Shown here: positions 18,225 through 26,977 of the stretch, piece after piece
Layout of the letters: every line of letters starts with the position of its first letter
How positions within the stretch are numbered: position 1 is the stretch's first letter
DNA from: a virus
Lineage: Duplodnaviria; Caudoviricetes
IMG/VR virus record: IMGVR_UViG_3300037313_001383
Coordinates: 1 to 41,822 of that record
Direction: 5' to 3' (one strand)
DNA length: 41,822 bases
Position numbers and translations under genes: made by a program
Notes under the pieces: generated by a model
Told to the model about the DNA's origin: nothing
Database searches by the model: none
What the model saw: the letters and a program-made list of their open reading frames with translations, nothing else

Positions 18225-18252
18225 AAAAAACCCCGCCGCCGTCGGCGGGGTT
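18225..18252 (-). terminator. Intrinsic terminator after the major capsid gene
   Basis: Minus strand AACCCCGCCG-ACGG-CGGCGGGGTT followed by TTTT. Confidence 0.85.
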
Positions 18253-18275
18253 CGAAAAGCACGCGTCAGGCGTGA

Positions 18276-19208
18276 TTAGTTCTGGATCGCGAGGAGCTGG
18301 CCGGCCGCGGAGTTCGTGACCTGCACGTCCTCCGACCAGTCGAGTGCGGCCACTTCAACGCGGCCGTCGTCGCGCGAGTAAACGCGCGGCGCCATCCACG
18401 CACCGCGGCGGCGGAACGTCTTCATGAACGACGGATCGCGCCGCGTCGGATTCTGCTTCCGCGCGAAGACGATCAGCTTGTCATCGAGGATGAAGTCGAT
18501 GTCGGCGGCCTTACCCTCGGGCGCCTTGTCGTAAACCATCGCCGACAAGCGCGCCTCGGGCTTGAAGATGAACAGCGACAGGATGTCTTCGACCGTCGGG
18601 TTAACGATCTCCTTTTTGCCAATCGGGAACCGGCCCTTGATGCTCGGGTGATTCTTCAGGCGACGGAAGAACGTCGGCCCGAACAACAGACCAACGCCCA
18701 TGAGGCTGCCGTATTGCGCGGCCTTCACGATGGCGATCAGACGTTGATCGAGCTGGTCGATGACGTCGGTGCCGGCCGCGAAGTCGATGTTCGCGACGCC
18801 CGGCGTGAGCGTCGTGACGGCGAGATCAACGACGGTCTTCTCGTGAGAGAGGCCGCCGACTTCGGCGCCGAGGTCGGACGCTTCCTGCAGCAGGTTTTCC
18901 CCCGCTTCGTCGGACGCGTCTTTCTCCAGCTGGTCGATGGGGACATCGAGCGCGTTCGGCTTGCAGTTGTAGGTGGCGTCGCTGGCGTCGAAGCCCAGCT
19001 CGGTGGCACGGCCACCGATGGCGCGGCGCGTGTCCGGCACGCGGAACCGCGACTTCTCGGTGTATTTCTTGAAGTAGCCCGTGTCGGACGAGACTTCGAC
19101 GGTGGGAGCGAGGAAGTCGGCAACAGGGGCCGTGGCCTCCTGAGCCGCGCCCTGCGCGTATTGACGGATGGTGGTTTTGGCCGCGAGTGCGGCGAGACGA
19201 GACGGCAT
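18276..19208 (-). CDS. Major capsid protein
   Basis: 310 aa after protease and decoration genes, followed by a strong terminator; VADFLAPTVEV...GYFKKY...DTRRAIGG pattern. Confidence 0.82.
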   Translation of the reverse strand: MPSRLAALAAKTTIRQYAQGAAQEATAPVADFLAPTVEVSSDTGYFKKYTEKSRFRVPDTRRAIGGRATELGFDASDATYNCKPNALDVPIDQLEKDASDEAGENLLQEASDLGAEVGGLSHEKTVVDLAVTTLTPGVANIDFAAGTDVIDQLDQRLIAIVKAAQYGSLMGVGLLFGPTFFRRLKNHPSIKGRFPIGKKEIVNPTVEDILSLFIFKPEARLSAMVYDKAPEGKAADIDFILDDKLIVFARKQNPTRRDPSFMKTFRRRGAWMAPRVYSRDDGRVEVAALDWSEDVQVTNSAAGQLLAIQN

Positions 19209-19254
19209 GGTGATTTAGCGGGTGATGGTTGCGGTTGAAGGGAGCGGTCGCGCG

Positions 19255-19686
19255 TTACGGGACGACCACGTCGAACGCGGGCACCGGGTCACACTTGACG
19301 TGTTGGGTGTCCACGCCGGCCTCGCGCGCGATGGCGAGGACGCGGTAGGTGCCGGCCGCCGCCGGCAGCGTGCGAAGCGCGCCGCGGTCGCCAGCGACGG
19401 CGGTGTCCGCGAGCACGAGACGCGCGCCGGGATTGCACGCGCCCTTCAGGGGCACGCGGAAATCACGGTGCGGGCCGAAGCGCTCGATGGAGACCTGCTC
19501 GGTCGCCGCGCCTTCTTCCTGCACTTGGTAGAAGGCGTCCTCACCGTTTGCCGTGGGGAGCTTGGCTTCGAGGTTCCCGCCGTTGTTGACCAGGACGACG
19601 AGGCGCGAGCGCTTGCCGGTCAGGTCGACGTTGGCGGTGACGGGGAACGGGCCGACGGCCCGGCAGTTGATTTGATCAGGATTCAC
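19255..19686 (-). CDS. Probable capsid decoration/cement protein
   Basis: 143 aa between protease and capsid genes; TANVDLTGKRSRLV...LAIAREAG pattern. Confidence 0.6.
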   Translation of the reverse strand: MNPDQINCRAVGPFPVTANVDLTGKRSRLVVLVNNGGNLEAKLPTANGEDAFYQVQEEGAATEQVSIERFGPHRDFRVPLKGACNPGARLVLADTAVAGDRGALRTLPAAAGTYRVLAIAREAGVDTQHVKCDPVPAFDVVVP

Positions 19687-19731
19687 AGTGTTCGTTTTTG
19701 GTGGTTGCGGTTGGAGGGGACGGCGCGGCGC

Positions 19732-20745
19732 TTACTCGGAGAGTTCTTCCTGAGCGGCGCGGAACGCCTGCGAGCGGGTGAGCCGCGGGTTGGCGCGGCG
19801 CAGCTCCGAGGCGCGGTTCGCGATCTTCGCGCCCTGCGCCTTTTCCTTCGCCGACTCGGTCTCCTCTTTGCTCGGCGCGCCGGCCGGCGTCTTCGCGGTG
19901 CCGCGGTTCGTGATCCGCGCCGGGTCTTCCCCGCCGCCGATCTCCTCGACCGATTCGAGCAGCTCGATGGTGCCCGCGCGGTTCGCGATCAGCTGCTTCT
20001 TCCACTGGTCGCGTTTCTCCGGCTTGAACCGGTTCTTGTATTTTTCGAGGTCGGCCTCGACTTGAGCGCCGAGGAGCGTGTCGCGCTCCGCGGTCAACGT
20101 CGTCACGGTGCCTTCGGCGGTCGTGGCGCGGTTAATGATAGCTTGGAGTGCGGCGACGGCCGATTCCTCGGAGGCGCCTTCCGCCAAACCCAACTTTTTG
20201 AGCAGTGTGTTCATGTTCTGGTTTTCTTCCCGCTCTGCGGTCGCCGCAGGGTTACGGTTCGAAATTGGTTTCCCGCCCTTGTTGTTCGGGTCGTTCGTCA
20301 GAGCTAGGCGGTCGAGCGCCAGCGGCCGGACGAGCGGATAGGCGCGGTTCTTGATCGTGCGGGTGCCGACCTTCTCCACGTCGCCGGCGCCGTAGACCGT
20401 GGAGAAGAACTTGAACCGCTTCGCCTTCACGGCCGGTTCGCCGATGTCGGTCCAGTCAATCTTACCTTCGAGCCGGCCCTCGCGGTTCCGGACGTCCATC
20501 AACCAGCCGAACGACTCGGTGGACTTTTCCGGATCGAGGCTGAAGTGGTCCTGGTCGATCAGGAGCCCGGCGAAGTTCGGCTTCGCCGCCTCGGCCTTGA
20601 AGCGGTTGACGATGGAATCGAACGCGGCAGCGTCGAGCAGCTGGACGACGCCGGCGGCGGGGTTGAGATGCTCGCCGGGCGTCTCGATTTCATACCAGCC
20701 GTCCTCAGGGAGCTGGCCGGCGCGGTTCAAAATGCGGGTGTTCAT
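19732..20745 (-). CDS. Mu gpI-like prohead protease with C-terminal scaffold
   Basis: LIDQDH, FGW, IDWTDIG, KFFSTVY, LALTNDPN motifs; possible internal start MNTLLKKLGL for the scaffold. Confidence 0.88.
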   Translation of the reverse strand: MNTRILNRAGQLPEDGWYEIETPGEHLNPAAGVVQLLDAAAFDSIVNRFKAEAAKPNFAGLLIDQDHFSLDPEKSTESFGWLMDVRNREGRLEGKIDWTDIGEPAVKAKRFKFFSTVYGAGDVEKVGTRTIKNRAYPLVRPLALDRLALTNDPNNKGGKPISNRNPAATAEREENQNMNTLLKKLGLAEGASEESAVAALQAIINRATTAEGTVTTLTAERDTLLGAQVEADLEKYKNRFKPEKRDQWKKQLIANRAGTIELLESVEEIGGGEDPARITNRGTAKTPAGAPSKEETESAKEKAQGAKIANRASELRRANPRLTRSQAFRAAQEELSE

Positions 20746-22403
20746 CGGTTGCTAGAAGGCCTTGCACGGCCCTTGCACGGGCTCGCGGCGCGTTTCGGGC
20801 GGGTATTCGCGACCCAAGGGGCCGGATTCGGGGTTTTAACGGGTTTCTCGCGGTCGGCTGCGGCGGTCCCGAAACCGTCGACCAACGCGGTGCCGATCAC
20901 GGCCTGCCACGCTGCGGCGGCCTCCGGCGCCTTCGCCATGGCGGCGGCATACATGCCGGGAAGATCGGCCTTCAGCTTCGCGACCGCGGCGGCGAAGTCG
21001 GCCTCCGGGGTCGCATCGAGCGCAGCGAGCCGCTGCAGCAACGGCCGGACTGCCGCCAGCTGCGCGCCGCTGATCGCCTTTGCGGCGTTCGCATTGAACA
21101 GCGCAGCGCGCCCGGCGGCGGCGGCCGACGCGCGGTTCGTGATCGGCTCGCCGGCGGGCGCACCCGGCAATGCCAGCGGCGCGGCGGGTTTCACCGTGAG
21201 GGTGTAGCCGGTCTTCTCGCTGAGCTGTTCGGCGTCCATCAGGAAGCCGGCCTGCGACAACTTCGCGGCGTGCTCGACGATCTGGCCGACGTCGGCCTCT
21301 TCGTTTGCCGCCAGCTCAAAATACGCGACATGCGGCTGGCCGGGGAACTTTTCGTTCAGCCAGGTCTCGACGAGCTGCTTGTTGAACGTCTCGGAAATGC
21401 GACGGGCATCGCCCTTCGCGATCTGCTCGAACACTTCCGCGTGCGCGCCGCCGGCGAGCGTGCCCGATCCGGACTCGGTGAGCATCGTCAACTTGCCGCC
21501 CGTGCCGGCGAGCACGAGCTTCTCGCTCAAGTGGTCGAGACGTTCCTTGAACGGCTGCGATCCGCGCGGCGCCACGTTCGGCTTGTAGTCGCTGCCGTTG
21601 GGGAGATAGCCGCTGCCGCCCTCCGCGATTTCCTGCGCGGCGGATTCGTAGTCCGCCTCTTTGCCCTCCGGCACGTTTGACGGGCCGATGACGACGCCGC
21701 CGGGGATGCCGTAGATTTCGTTGAAGCCGTCCCAGTCCTTGTCGCTCAAGTTCGAGCGAACGAACTTGAACAACGCGATGCGGTTGATCGGCCGGCGCAC
21801 CTGACGGAACAGGAACGCCTCGGGCTCCATTACGTTTTCCTCGGGCAGCGCGCGAAACGTCGTGTTGCGCGCCTCGGGGTTATATTTCCACGCGCCATAC
21901 ATGCCGTCGCGGATCGCGTTCCACTGGTCGACGATTTCGAGGTGCGTCAGCTCGCCGCCGGAGATCCATTTTTCGCAGTGCGCGAAGCCGCGGAACGGCG
22001 CCATGCCGAAGTGCTCGACGCCCTCGTAGAGGTTATCGATGGCGTCGAACCGGCCGCGCAGATAGTCCTGCTGCTCAGTCGCGAGCTTCTCGTCGGCGTC
22101 CTCGGCTACCTTGATGTGGTAGTCCATTTCGAGGAGGCGGCCCAAGCGGCATTCGATCAGCGCCAGCAAGTCCGGATCGGTTTGCTCGATCCAGAAGTAG
22201 GTCCACTGAAGGTCCGCCATCTCGCCGCGGAAATACGCCTCGGCCAGCTGCACCGCGCGCGAGAGCGTGAGGCCGCGCAGCGGATTGTATTGCTCGCGCC
22301 AGCGGTTCGCGGCGCGCAGACGCTGCGAGAGCGACACGCCGCCGGCGGCGCCGGTCACCGCGGGATTCTTCGCCGTGTAACGGTTGGAGGTTTTGCGGGT
22401 CAT
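20742..22403 (-). CDS. Portal protein (Mu gp29/DUF935-like)
   Basis: DWDGFNEIYGIP, KLVLAGTGGKLT, GTLAGGAHAEVF, ISETFNKQLV motifs; follows TerL. Confidence 0.9.
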   Translation of the reverse strand: MTRKTSNRYTAKNPAVTGAAGGVSLSQRLRAANRWREQYNPLRGLTLSRAVQLAEAYFRGEMADLQWTYFWIEQTDPDLLALIECRLGRLLEMDYHIKVAEDADEKLATEQQDYLRGRFDAIDNLYEGVEHFGMAPFRGFAHCEKWISGGELTHLEIVDQWNAIRDGMYGAWKYNPEARNTTFRALPEENVMEPEAFLFRQVRRPINRIALFKFVRSNLSDKDWDGFNEIYGIPGGVVIGPSNVPEGKEADYESAAQEIAEGGSGYLPNGSDYKPNVAPRGSQPFKERLDHLSEKLVLAGTGGKLTMLTESGSGTLAGGAHAEVFEQIAKGDARRISETFNKQLVETWLNEKFPGQPHVAYFELAANEEADVGQIVEHAAKLSQAGFLMDAEQLSEKTGYTLTVKPAAPLALPGAPAGEPITNRASAAAAGRAALFNANAAKAISGAQLAAVRPLLQRLAALDATPEADFAAAVAKLKADLPGMYAAAMAKAPEAAAAWQAVIGTALVDGFGTAAADREKPVKTPNPAPWVANTRPKRAASPCKGRARPSSNR

Positions 22404-23944
22404 GCTTCAACGCTCCGGTTGCGCCGTGCTGCTGCGCGGCTGCCGCTGCGGTCGCCGTAGGGCTTGGGCGGCGGTGAGAAAACGGGCATGTCGGCCGCGC
22501 GCACGGCCAGCGCAAGGGCTGTGCACCGGTCGCTGTGGCCCTCACGCGTGCGCGGCGACCAGTAGTTGTATTCGCCGTTCGTGATCACCTGCTGCATCTG
22601 GTGCAGGTCTTCCCGGATCGCCGTGCTGATCGGCACGCGGAGTTTCGTCGGCGCCTCGAACTTGCGGCGCATGCGCGGGAAAATCTCGCGCTTAAACTTC
22701 GTCGTGAACTGGCAGAGTTCGACCTTACCGAACTTGTGCGCCTCGGGTTTCCACTGGCCGTGACGCTGCACGAGATAGTCGCCGAGGCCGATACCGGGGC
22801 CGGTGTAGTCGAAGCAGACGCGGTTCGCGGCGCTGATGCGGTCGCGCAGGATTTGCTCCTGCTGCGGCGTCGCGACGCCTTCGAGCACGAGAACCTCACG
22901 CGTCCACAGGATGTCTCCCACGCGCTGCAGCGTCCAACACACGGTCGGGTCGTTCGTGCGGCCGAAGTCGATGCCGAGGAAAACCGGATTGGTGCGGCCC
23001 GCGTGCGCGACGACGTCCCAGCCTTCGGAGGCCTCCGCGCTTTCGGCGACCGCGATCAACTCGTAAGGAAGCAGCACGCTCGAACCGTCGAGCCAGCGGC
23101 AAAGGAACTCCTGCGCGAAGCCGTCGGCGTCGTCCATCGCCTCACGGATTTGCTGCACGTCGACGGGCAGACCCATCAACACCGCGTGGTAGATCGTGAC
23201 GAGGTGCCGCGACCACGCCATCTTCGCGCTGTCCTTCTTCGTCCAGATTTTGTGCGCGGCGCTGCCGGTGCCGTTCGGCGTCGTGACAAGCCGCACCTTC
23301 TTTTCGCCGCCGCGCAGCGGGTTTGTGATCGACGGGAGAATCGCGCGCCACGTGGCCGACGGCTGCTCGAAGAAATCGAACTCGGTGAGAAGCACGTTAG
23401 CGCTGCGACCGCGCACGGTGTCGGGCTTGCCGGGCACGGCGCGGATGCGCGCCTTGGTCGAAAAAATAATCTCCGCGCTCTTGAGCAGGTGCTGCGACGT
23501 GTTGCCCTCGCGCTCGACCTTGAAGTCTTCGACGTAGAGTTCCCACGCGTCCGCCCAGAGTTTGGCCTGGTCTAACGAATCGAGCGCCTGCCGCTCCGAC
23601 GGCGCGCCGACCATCCAGTCGGTTCCGGGCCGCGCTTTGCAGTCCTCAACCGCCTCGCCCTCGCTGGAAAAATCTTTGCCGGTCTGGCGCGCCTGCAGGC
23701 CGAACTTGAAGCGCGCACGGTCGTGGTAATACCGGAACTGGTATTCGAGGAGCAGCGACCGCGGGTCGTCTTTCGGATACGGGTTGACCCAGCCGCTGTA
23801 GTTCGTGCCGAGCGTGTGCTTGGCGACGAGCTTTTCGAGCTGGTCTAGTTCGAGCGACCACAGCGCGTCGGCCTTCGCCGCGGCGTTCGCGACTTCGACC
23901 TGGGCGCGCAGTTTTTCGAGCGCGTCTTTCTTGAGGTTGGCCAT
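22400..23944 (-). CDS. Terminase large subunit (Mu gp28-like), 514 aa
   Basis: LLLEYQ, ARQTGKD (Walker A-like), VRGRSANVLLTEFDF, TTPNG, LGIDFGRTND, GHSDRCTALALA; start MANLKK at 23944. Confidence 0.93.
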   Translation of the reverse strand: MANLKKDALEKLRAQVEVANAAAKADALWSLELDQLEKLVAKHTLGTNYSGWVNPYPKDDPRSLLLEYQFRYYHDRARFKFGLQARQTGKDFSSEGEAVEDCKARPGTDWMVGAPSERQALDSLDQAKLWADAWELYVEDFKVEREGNTSQHLLKSAEIIFSTKARIRAVPGKPDTVRGRSANVLLTEFDFFEQPSATWRAILPSITNPLRGGEKKVRLVTTPNGTGSAAHKIWTKKDSAKMAWSRHLVTIYHAVLMGLPVDVQQIREAMDDADGFAQEFLCRWLDGSSVLLPYELIAVAESAEASEGWDVVAHAGRTNPVFLGIDFGRTNDPTVCWTLQRVGDILWTREVLVLEGVATPQQEQILRDRISAANRVCFDYTGPGIGLGDYLVQRHGQWKPEAHKFGKVELCQFTTKFKREIFPRMRRKFEAPTKLRVPISTAIREDLHQMQQVITNGEYNYWSPRTREGHSDRCTALALAVRAADMPVFSPPPKPYGDRSGSRAAARRNRSVEA

Positions 23945-23946
23945 CG

Positions 23947-24486
23947 TCAGCCGCCCATGCCGAAGAGGGCGCGCAACTGCGCGGCCTTCTGTTCCGGTGT
24001 CAGCTCGTCGTTGTCCGAGATTCCCTTCGCCTTGTCGGCGAGCGCGGCCTTCGCCTCGAGGAGCGTCACCTTGCGCTCGTCCAGCGCCAGACGCTTCTCG
24101 GCGATCTGCTGCTTCGCCGTGTCGCCGACGATCTTCAGCAGCGTCTTCGCCGCGGATACGTTCGGCGTCTTGTCCGTGAGCATGCAGAAGGCCAGCTGCT
24201 TCGCGCGCTTGATCGTCGCCGCATCGAACTTGCCCTCCATCATTTCGCCGAACTGCTCCGCATCGCCCGTCGCGCGCGAATACTCCCACGGCACCGCAAA
24301 GGATGCATAGAAACGCCGCAGCCCAGTGACGGACGTTTTGACGCCGAACTGCTGCTCGACCAATTCGAGCGCGTCCTCGTAGGTCACGTTCTGCAGCGTG
24401 AGCCACTCCGCGAGCTGCTCCCGTTGTTCGGGTGTCAGCTTGTTGAAAAGGCCTTTGCCGCCCCGGCGTTTGTTTTCGGTGATCAT
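23947..24486 (-). CDS. Terminase small subunit (Mu gp27/DUF3486-like)
   Basis: KLTPEQREQLAEWL...TYED...GVKTSVTGLRRF HTH-like N-terminus; directly upstream of TerL. Confidence 0.75.
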   Translation of the reverse strand: MITENKRRGGKGLFNKLTPEQREQLAEWLTLQNVTYEDALELVEQQFGVKTSVTGLRRFYASFAVPWEYSRATGDAEQFGEMMEGKFDAATIKRAKQLAFCMLTDKTPNVSAAKTLLKIVGDTAKQQIAEKRLALDERKVTLLEAKAALADKAKGISDNDELTPEQKAAQLRALFGMGG

Positions 24487-24992
24487 CCACGCGCGTTGGA
24501 ATTGTCACCCGCGCTCACGGCCATCGCGGGTGTCGTGTGTTTCACAATACGCGCCGTCACACTCGACGCGTTGGCCGCATGCATCCGCATGGGTGGGTAG
24601 AAAAGCGTCCGCCGACCGGCAGCTTTGGCCTCATGGTCAAAAGCCGCATCGCTTTCCCGGTAGGACACACCGGTAGTCTCCTCGACGCCGGCCGGCGGTT
24701 GGTGCGCGGTAGCCGCAAAAAGGTTTCCACGCGCGGCGCGGTCCACGGGGCGAGCGTCCCCGAGGGGAGCAAGTGTGGTGTGCCCGGATGCCGGGCCGGC
24801 GACGTGGAAAGATTGAGAGCGGACCGACCAGCGGCCCGCGAAAAAGCAAAGCCAGACGAGCGCGACCAATGCCGCGATGATCCAGCACCAGACCGAAAGC
24901 ATCCGGCCGACGCGCGCAGAGCGCATGTCTTCCGCGATCACACAGAGCGCGATCAACGTGAGAACGCAGGGAATTGCCCACGCCCAGTTCAT
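24483..24992 (-). CDS. Hypothetical membrane protein
   Basis: Two N-terminal hydrophobic segments; start and stop both overlap neighbours by ATGA. Confidence 0.5.
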   Translation of the reverse strand: MNWAWAIPCVLTLIALCVIAEDMRSARVGRMLSVWCWIIAALVALVWLCFFAGRWSVRSQSFHVAGPASGHTTLAPLGDARPVDRAARGNLFAATAHQPPAGVEETTGVSYRESDAAFDHEAKAAGRRTLFYPPMRMHAANASSVTARIVKHTTPAMAVSAGDNSNARG

Positions 24993-25240
24993 CCGATGCC
25001 CTCCTCGGCGAGCGCGGATTTGCCTCGGCCGGTGACGCGCCAGCGCTGGCCGCTCAACTCGGAGTCGAACGGCGTCGCGAAGGATTTGTCGGCGAGGTCG
25101 CGCAGTGCTTTTTCAAGCTGCGGGAGTGACAGGCCGCGGTGCCGGCCGCGCCGCAGATCGGCGAGCAGGTTGTCGACCGGCAAACCGAAATCGGCCGCGC
25201 CGTTCAGCGCGACGAGCGTGTCGATGTGGAGGTTCGTCAT
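24989..25240 (-). CDS. Winged-helix protein (Mu gp26-like)
   Basis: LEKALRDLADKSFA...RWRVTGRGKSAL wHTH ending; synteny. Confidence 0.65.
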   Translation of the reverse strand: MTNLHIDTLVALNGAADFGLPVDNLLADLRRGRHRGLSLPQLEKALRDLADKSFATPFDSELSGQRWRVTGRGKSALAEEGIG

Positions 25241-25241
25241 T

Positions 25242-25646
25242 TCACCGAGTCAGTTTTTGGGCGTCGAGGAGCAGGTTGATCGTCCGCTCGGGAACGGCGT
25301 TCACGCGCTCGTTCACGTCGGCCAGCTGCTCTTTGATCGCGGCGAGGTCGCTGTTCTGTTGGGCGGTGGCGGTTTCGAGCCGCGCGAGTTTTTCGCCCTG
25401 CTTTTTCTGCTCTTCGTAAATTTCGGCGCGGCGCGCGGCGTGGCGCTTCAGCTCCTGCGTGGTCTCGTCGCGGAACTTATCGTGGTCCGCCTTGGTGACG
25501 TATTCCTTGTGCAGCGGCGGTTCGTGGCCGAAGACCTTTCTGACCAGGACGACGGCGGAGAGGATGAAGACGAGCACGCCGCAGACGGCGTAGAGCTGCC
25601 CGGCGGTGAAGGAGGGCGCGGCGGTTTCGGCGAGCAGCGTCGTCAT
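25242..25646 (-). CDS. N-terminal TM plus coiled-coil protein (Mu gp25/DUF2730-like position)
   Basis: Start MTTLLAE overlaps the upstream stop; one TM (LYAVCGVLVFILSAVVLV), then EYVTKAD and a coiled coil. Confidence 0.65.
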   Translation of the reverse strand: MTTLLAETAAPSFTAGQLYAVCGVLVFILSAVVLVRKVFGHEPPLHKEYVTKADHDKFRDETTQELKRHAARRAEIYEEQKKQGEKLARLETATAQQNSDLAAIKEQLADVNERVNAVPERTINLLLDAQKLTR

Positions 25647-25882
25647 TTTCTTTCGAGGTCGGATTCGAGTTGGTTGATCGTCTTCAGCGCATCGCGGCAC
25701 CATTCGGGAGCGGCCTGCGCGGCGGCCCGGAAATCGGGGCGCGCGATCAGCCGTTCGGCGTTGTTCAACTTCACAGGCGCAAATGTGGCGCAGCCGGAGC
25801 ACGCGACCGCGGCGCCGAGGCCGCACACGGCGGCGACGCGGCGACGGAGCGCGGCAACAATGCGGCGGGTGCGGCGTCTCAC
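25643..25882 (-). CDS. Small lipoprotein, o-spanin candidate
   Basis: Basic N-terminus, hydrophobic stretch, lipobox-like ACSG-C; lies in the lysis position. Confidence 0.55.
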   Translation of the reverse strand: MRRRTRRIVAALRRRVAAVCGLGAAVACSGCATFAPVKLNNAERLIARPDFRAAAQAAPEWCRDALKTINQLESDLERK

Positions 25883-26055
25883 TTTTTCTCCTGTGCGTTG
25901 GCGATGGCGTCGTCGACCCGTGCGTCTTTCTCCGCGCGGCGCCGCAGTGCCTCGCGTTCCCGTTCGGCGTCGATCTGCTTCACGACTTCGCGAAACAGAC
26001 TTTCGAGCGCGGGAACGGCGCGGGCCAATGCGAGCAGCGCGGAGAGCAACGACAC
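25879..26055 (-). CDS. 58 aa membrane-anchored coiled-coil protein, i-spanin candidate (absent from the ORF track)
   Basis: GTG at 26055 reads MSLLSALLALARAVPALESLFREVVKQIDAEREREALRRRAEKDARVDDAIANAQEKK; fills the gap and its TGA overlaps the next GTG. Confidence 0.6.
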   Translation of the reverse strand: MSLLSALLALARAVPALESLFREVVKQIDAEREREALRRRAEKDARVDDAIANAQEKK

Positions 26056-26062
26056 GGCGGAA

Positions 26063-26548
26063 TCAGCCTTGCGCGGCGGGCTGTGGCTCGGGCGCGCGCG
26101 CGGGCGCGGGCACCGGCTGCGGCTTAGCGGTGAACTGCGGGCCGATCTTGATTCGTGTGAAGAAGTCGAGGAGCCACGCGAACACCTTGAACGCCTGCGA
26201 GTGCTCCACCTTGTCGAGCAGCTCGTCGTCCGACGTGCTCGGTGACGCCCGCACGCCGGCCTCGATGGCCGACATGATCGGCTTCGTGAAAAGTCCGATG
26301 GTGCCGGCGATGCTGCCGAGCGCTACAAGCCAGCCCGCGAGTTTCGGCGGCAGCACCTTCGCGAGCACGTGCACGACGCCGGTGGCGACCTCGGCCGCGG
26401 TGTTATCGGCGGCCGGCGCGGTTGCGCTAATCGTCAGCGTGTCGCTCGCGCTCTGCGCGTGCGCGTTGGGGACGGTGACCAGGACGAGGGCGAGCAACGC
26501 GCCAAAGAGCGCGGAGAGGAGCAGGATGGAGCGGAGCGGTTTATTCAT
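26063..26548 (-). CDS. Membrane protein with signal peptide, holin-like candidate, 161 aa
   Basis: MNKPLRSILLLSALFGALLALVLVTVPNAHA leader and a further hydrophobic helix (LAGWLVALGSIAGTIGLF). Confidence 0.6.
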   Translation of the reverse strand: MNKPLRSILLLSALFGALLALVLVTVPNAHAQSASDTLTISATAPAADNTAAEVATGVVHVLAKVLPPKLAGWLVALGSIAGTIGLFTKPIMSAIEAGVRASPSTSDDELLDKVEHSQAFKVFAWLLDFFTRIKIGPQFTAKPQPVPAPARAPEPQPAAQG

Positions 26549-26556
26549 GGGACAAG

Positions 26557-26790
26557 TCAGAGGATGCGGCGCGTGCCCGGCTTCAGGCCGGGGTCGCGTG
26601 GCGATGTCGCCGCGGCGGGCACCGGCGTGTTGATGACGTGCGCGAGCGCATTGCCCGCGCGCTGCCACGTGGCAGGCGTCGCGATCAGTTCGTGCCACTC
26701 GCCCGTGCCCGTTAAAACGGGCAGCACAACCTCTCCGTCCTTGACGAACGGCGGTTTGAAACCGAGAAGCGGAGTGGAGCGGGCGGCCAC
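26557..26790 (-). CDS. Hypothetical protein, first late gene
   Basis: 77 aa, GTG start, stop 8 bp before the next ATG. Confidence 0.45.
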   Translation of the reverse strand: MAARSTPLLGFKPPFVKDGEVVLPVLTGTGEWHELIATPATWQRAGNALAHVINTPVPAAATSPRDPGLKPGTRRIL

Positions 26791-26861
26791 GATGCCGCCG
26801 AGACTATCAGCCGCTCACCGAGGGGTCACCCCGTCCGTCCCGAGCATCCCGTCTATTCCGC

Positions 26862-26883
26862 AAATTTCCACGCGTGGAAATTT
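26862..26883. promoter_or_regulatory. Perfect 22-bp palindrome upstream of the late operon
   Basis: AAATTTCCACGCGTGGAAATTT is its own reverse complement. Confidence 0.65.
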
Positions 26884-26903
26884 CGCCCGGCAGCCGGATG
26901 TGG

Positions 26904-26942
26904 AAAAGAACCGGCCCGGTGCAACGAATGCAACCGGGCCGG
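26904..26942 (-). terminator. Intrinsic terminator of the repressor-lipoprotein transcript
   Basis: Minus strand CCGGCCCGGTTGCA-TTCGT-TGCACCGGGCCGG followed by TTCTTTT. Confidence 0.8.
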
Positions 26943-26977
26943 CGCTGGGAGAAACTAAGGCGGGTCCAGACCTACCG

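Noticed and set aside
22400-24508. 702 aa terminase as given in the ORF track (similarly extended starts for 508-4005, 9473-12451, 13770-14969, 26978-27745, 37758-39332)
   Set aside because: The N-terminal extensions overlap genuine upstream genes; downstream starts adjacent to or coupled with the preceding stops are more plausible.
24537-26633. 698 aa plus-strand ORF and other long antisense ORFs (1120-2514, 5393-6559, 30252-31691, 29013-30176)
   Set aside because: Shadow frames opposite well-supported, tightly coupled genes in high-GC DNA; Arg/Ala-rich with no motifs.
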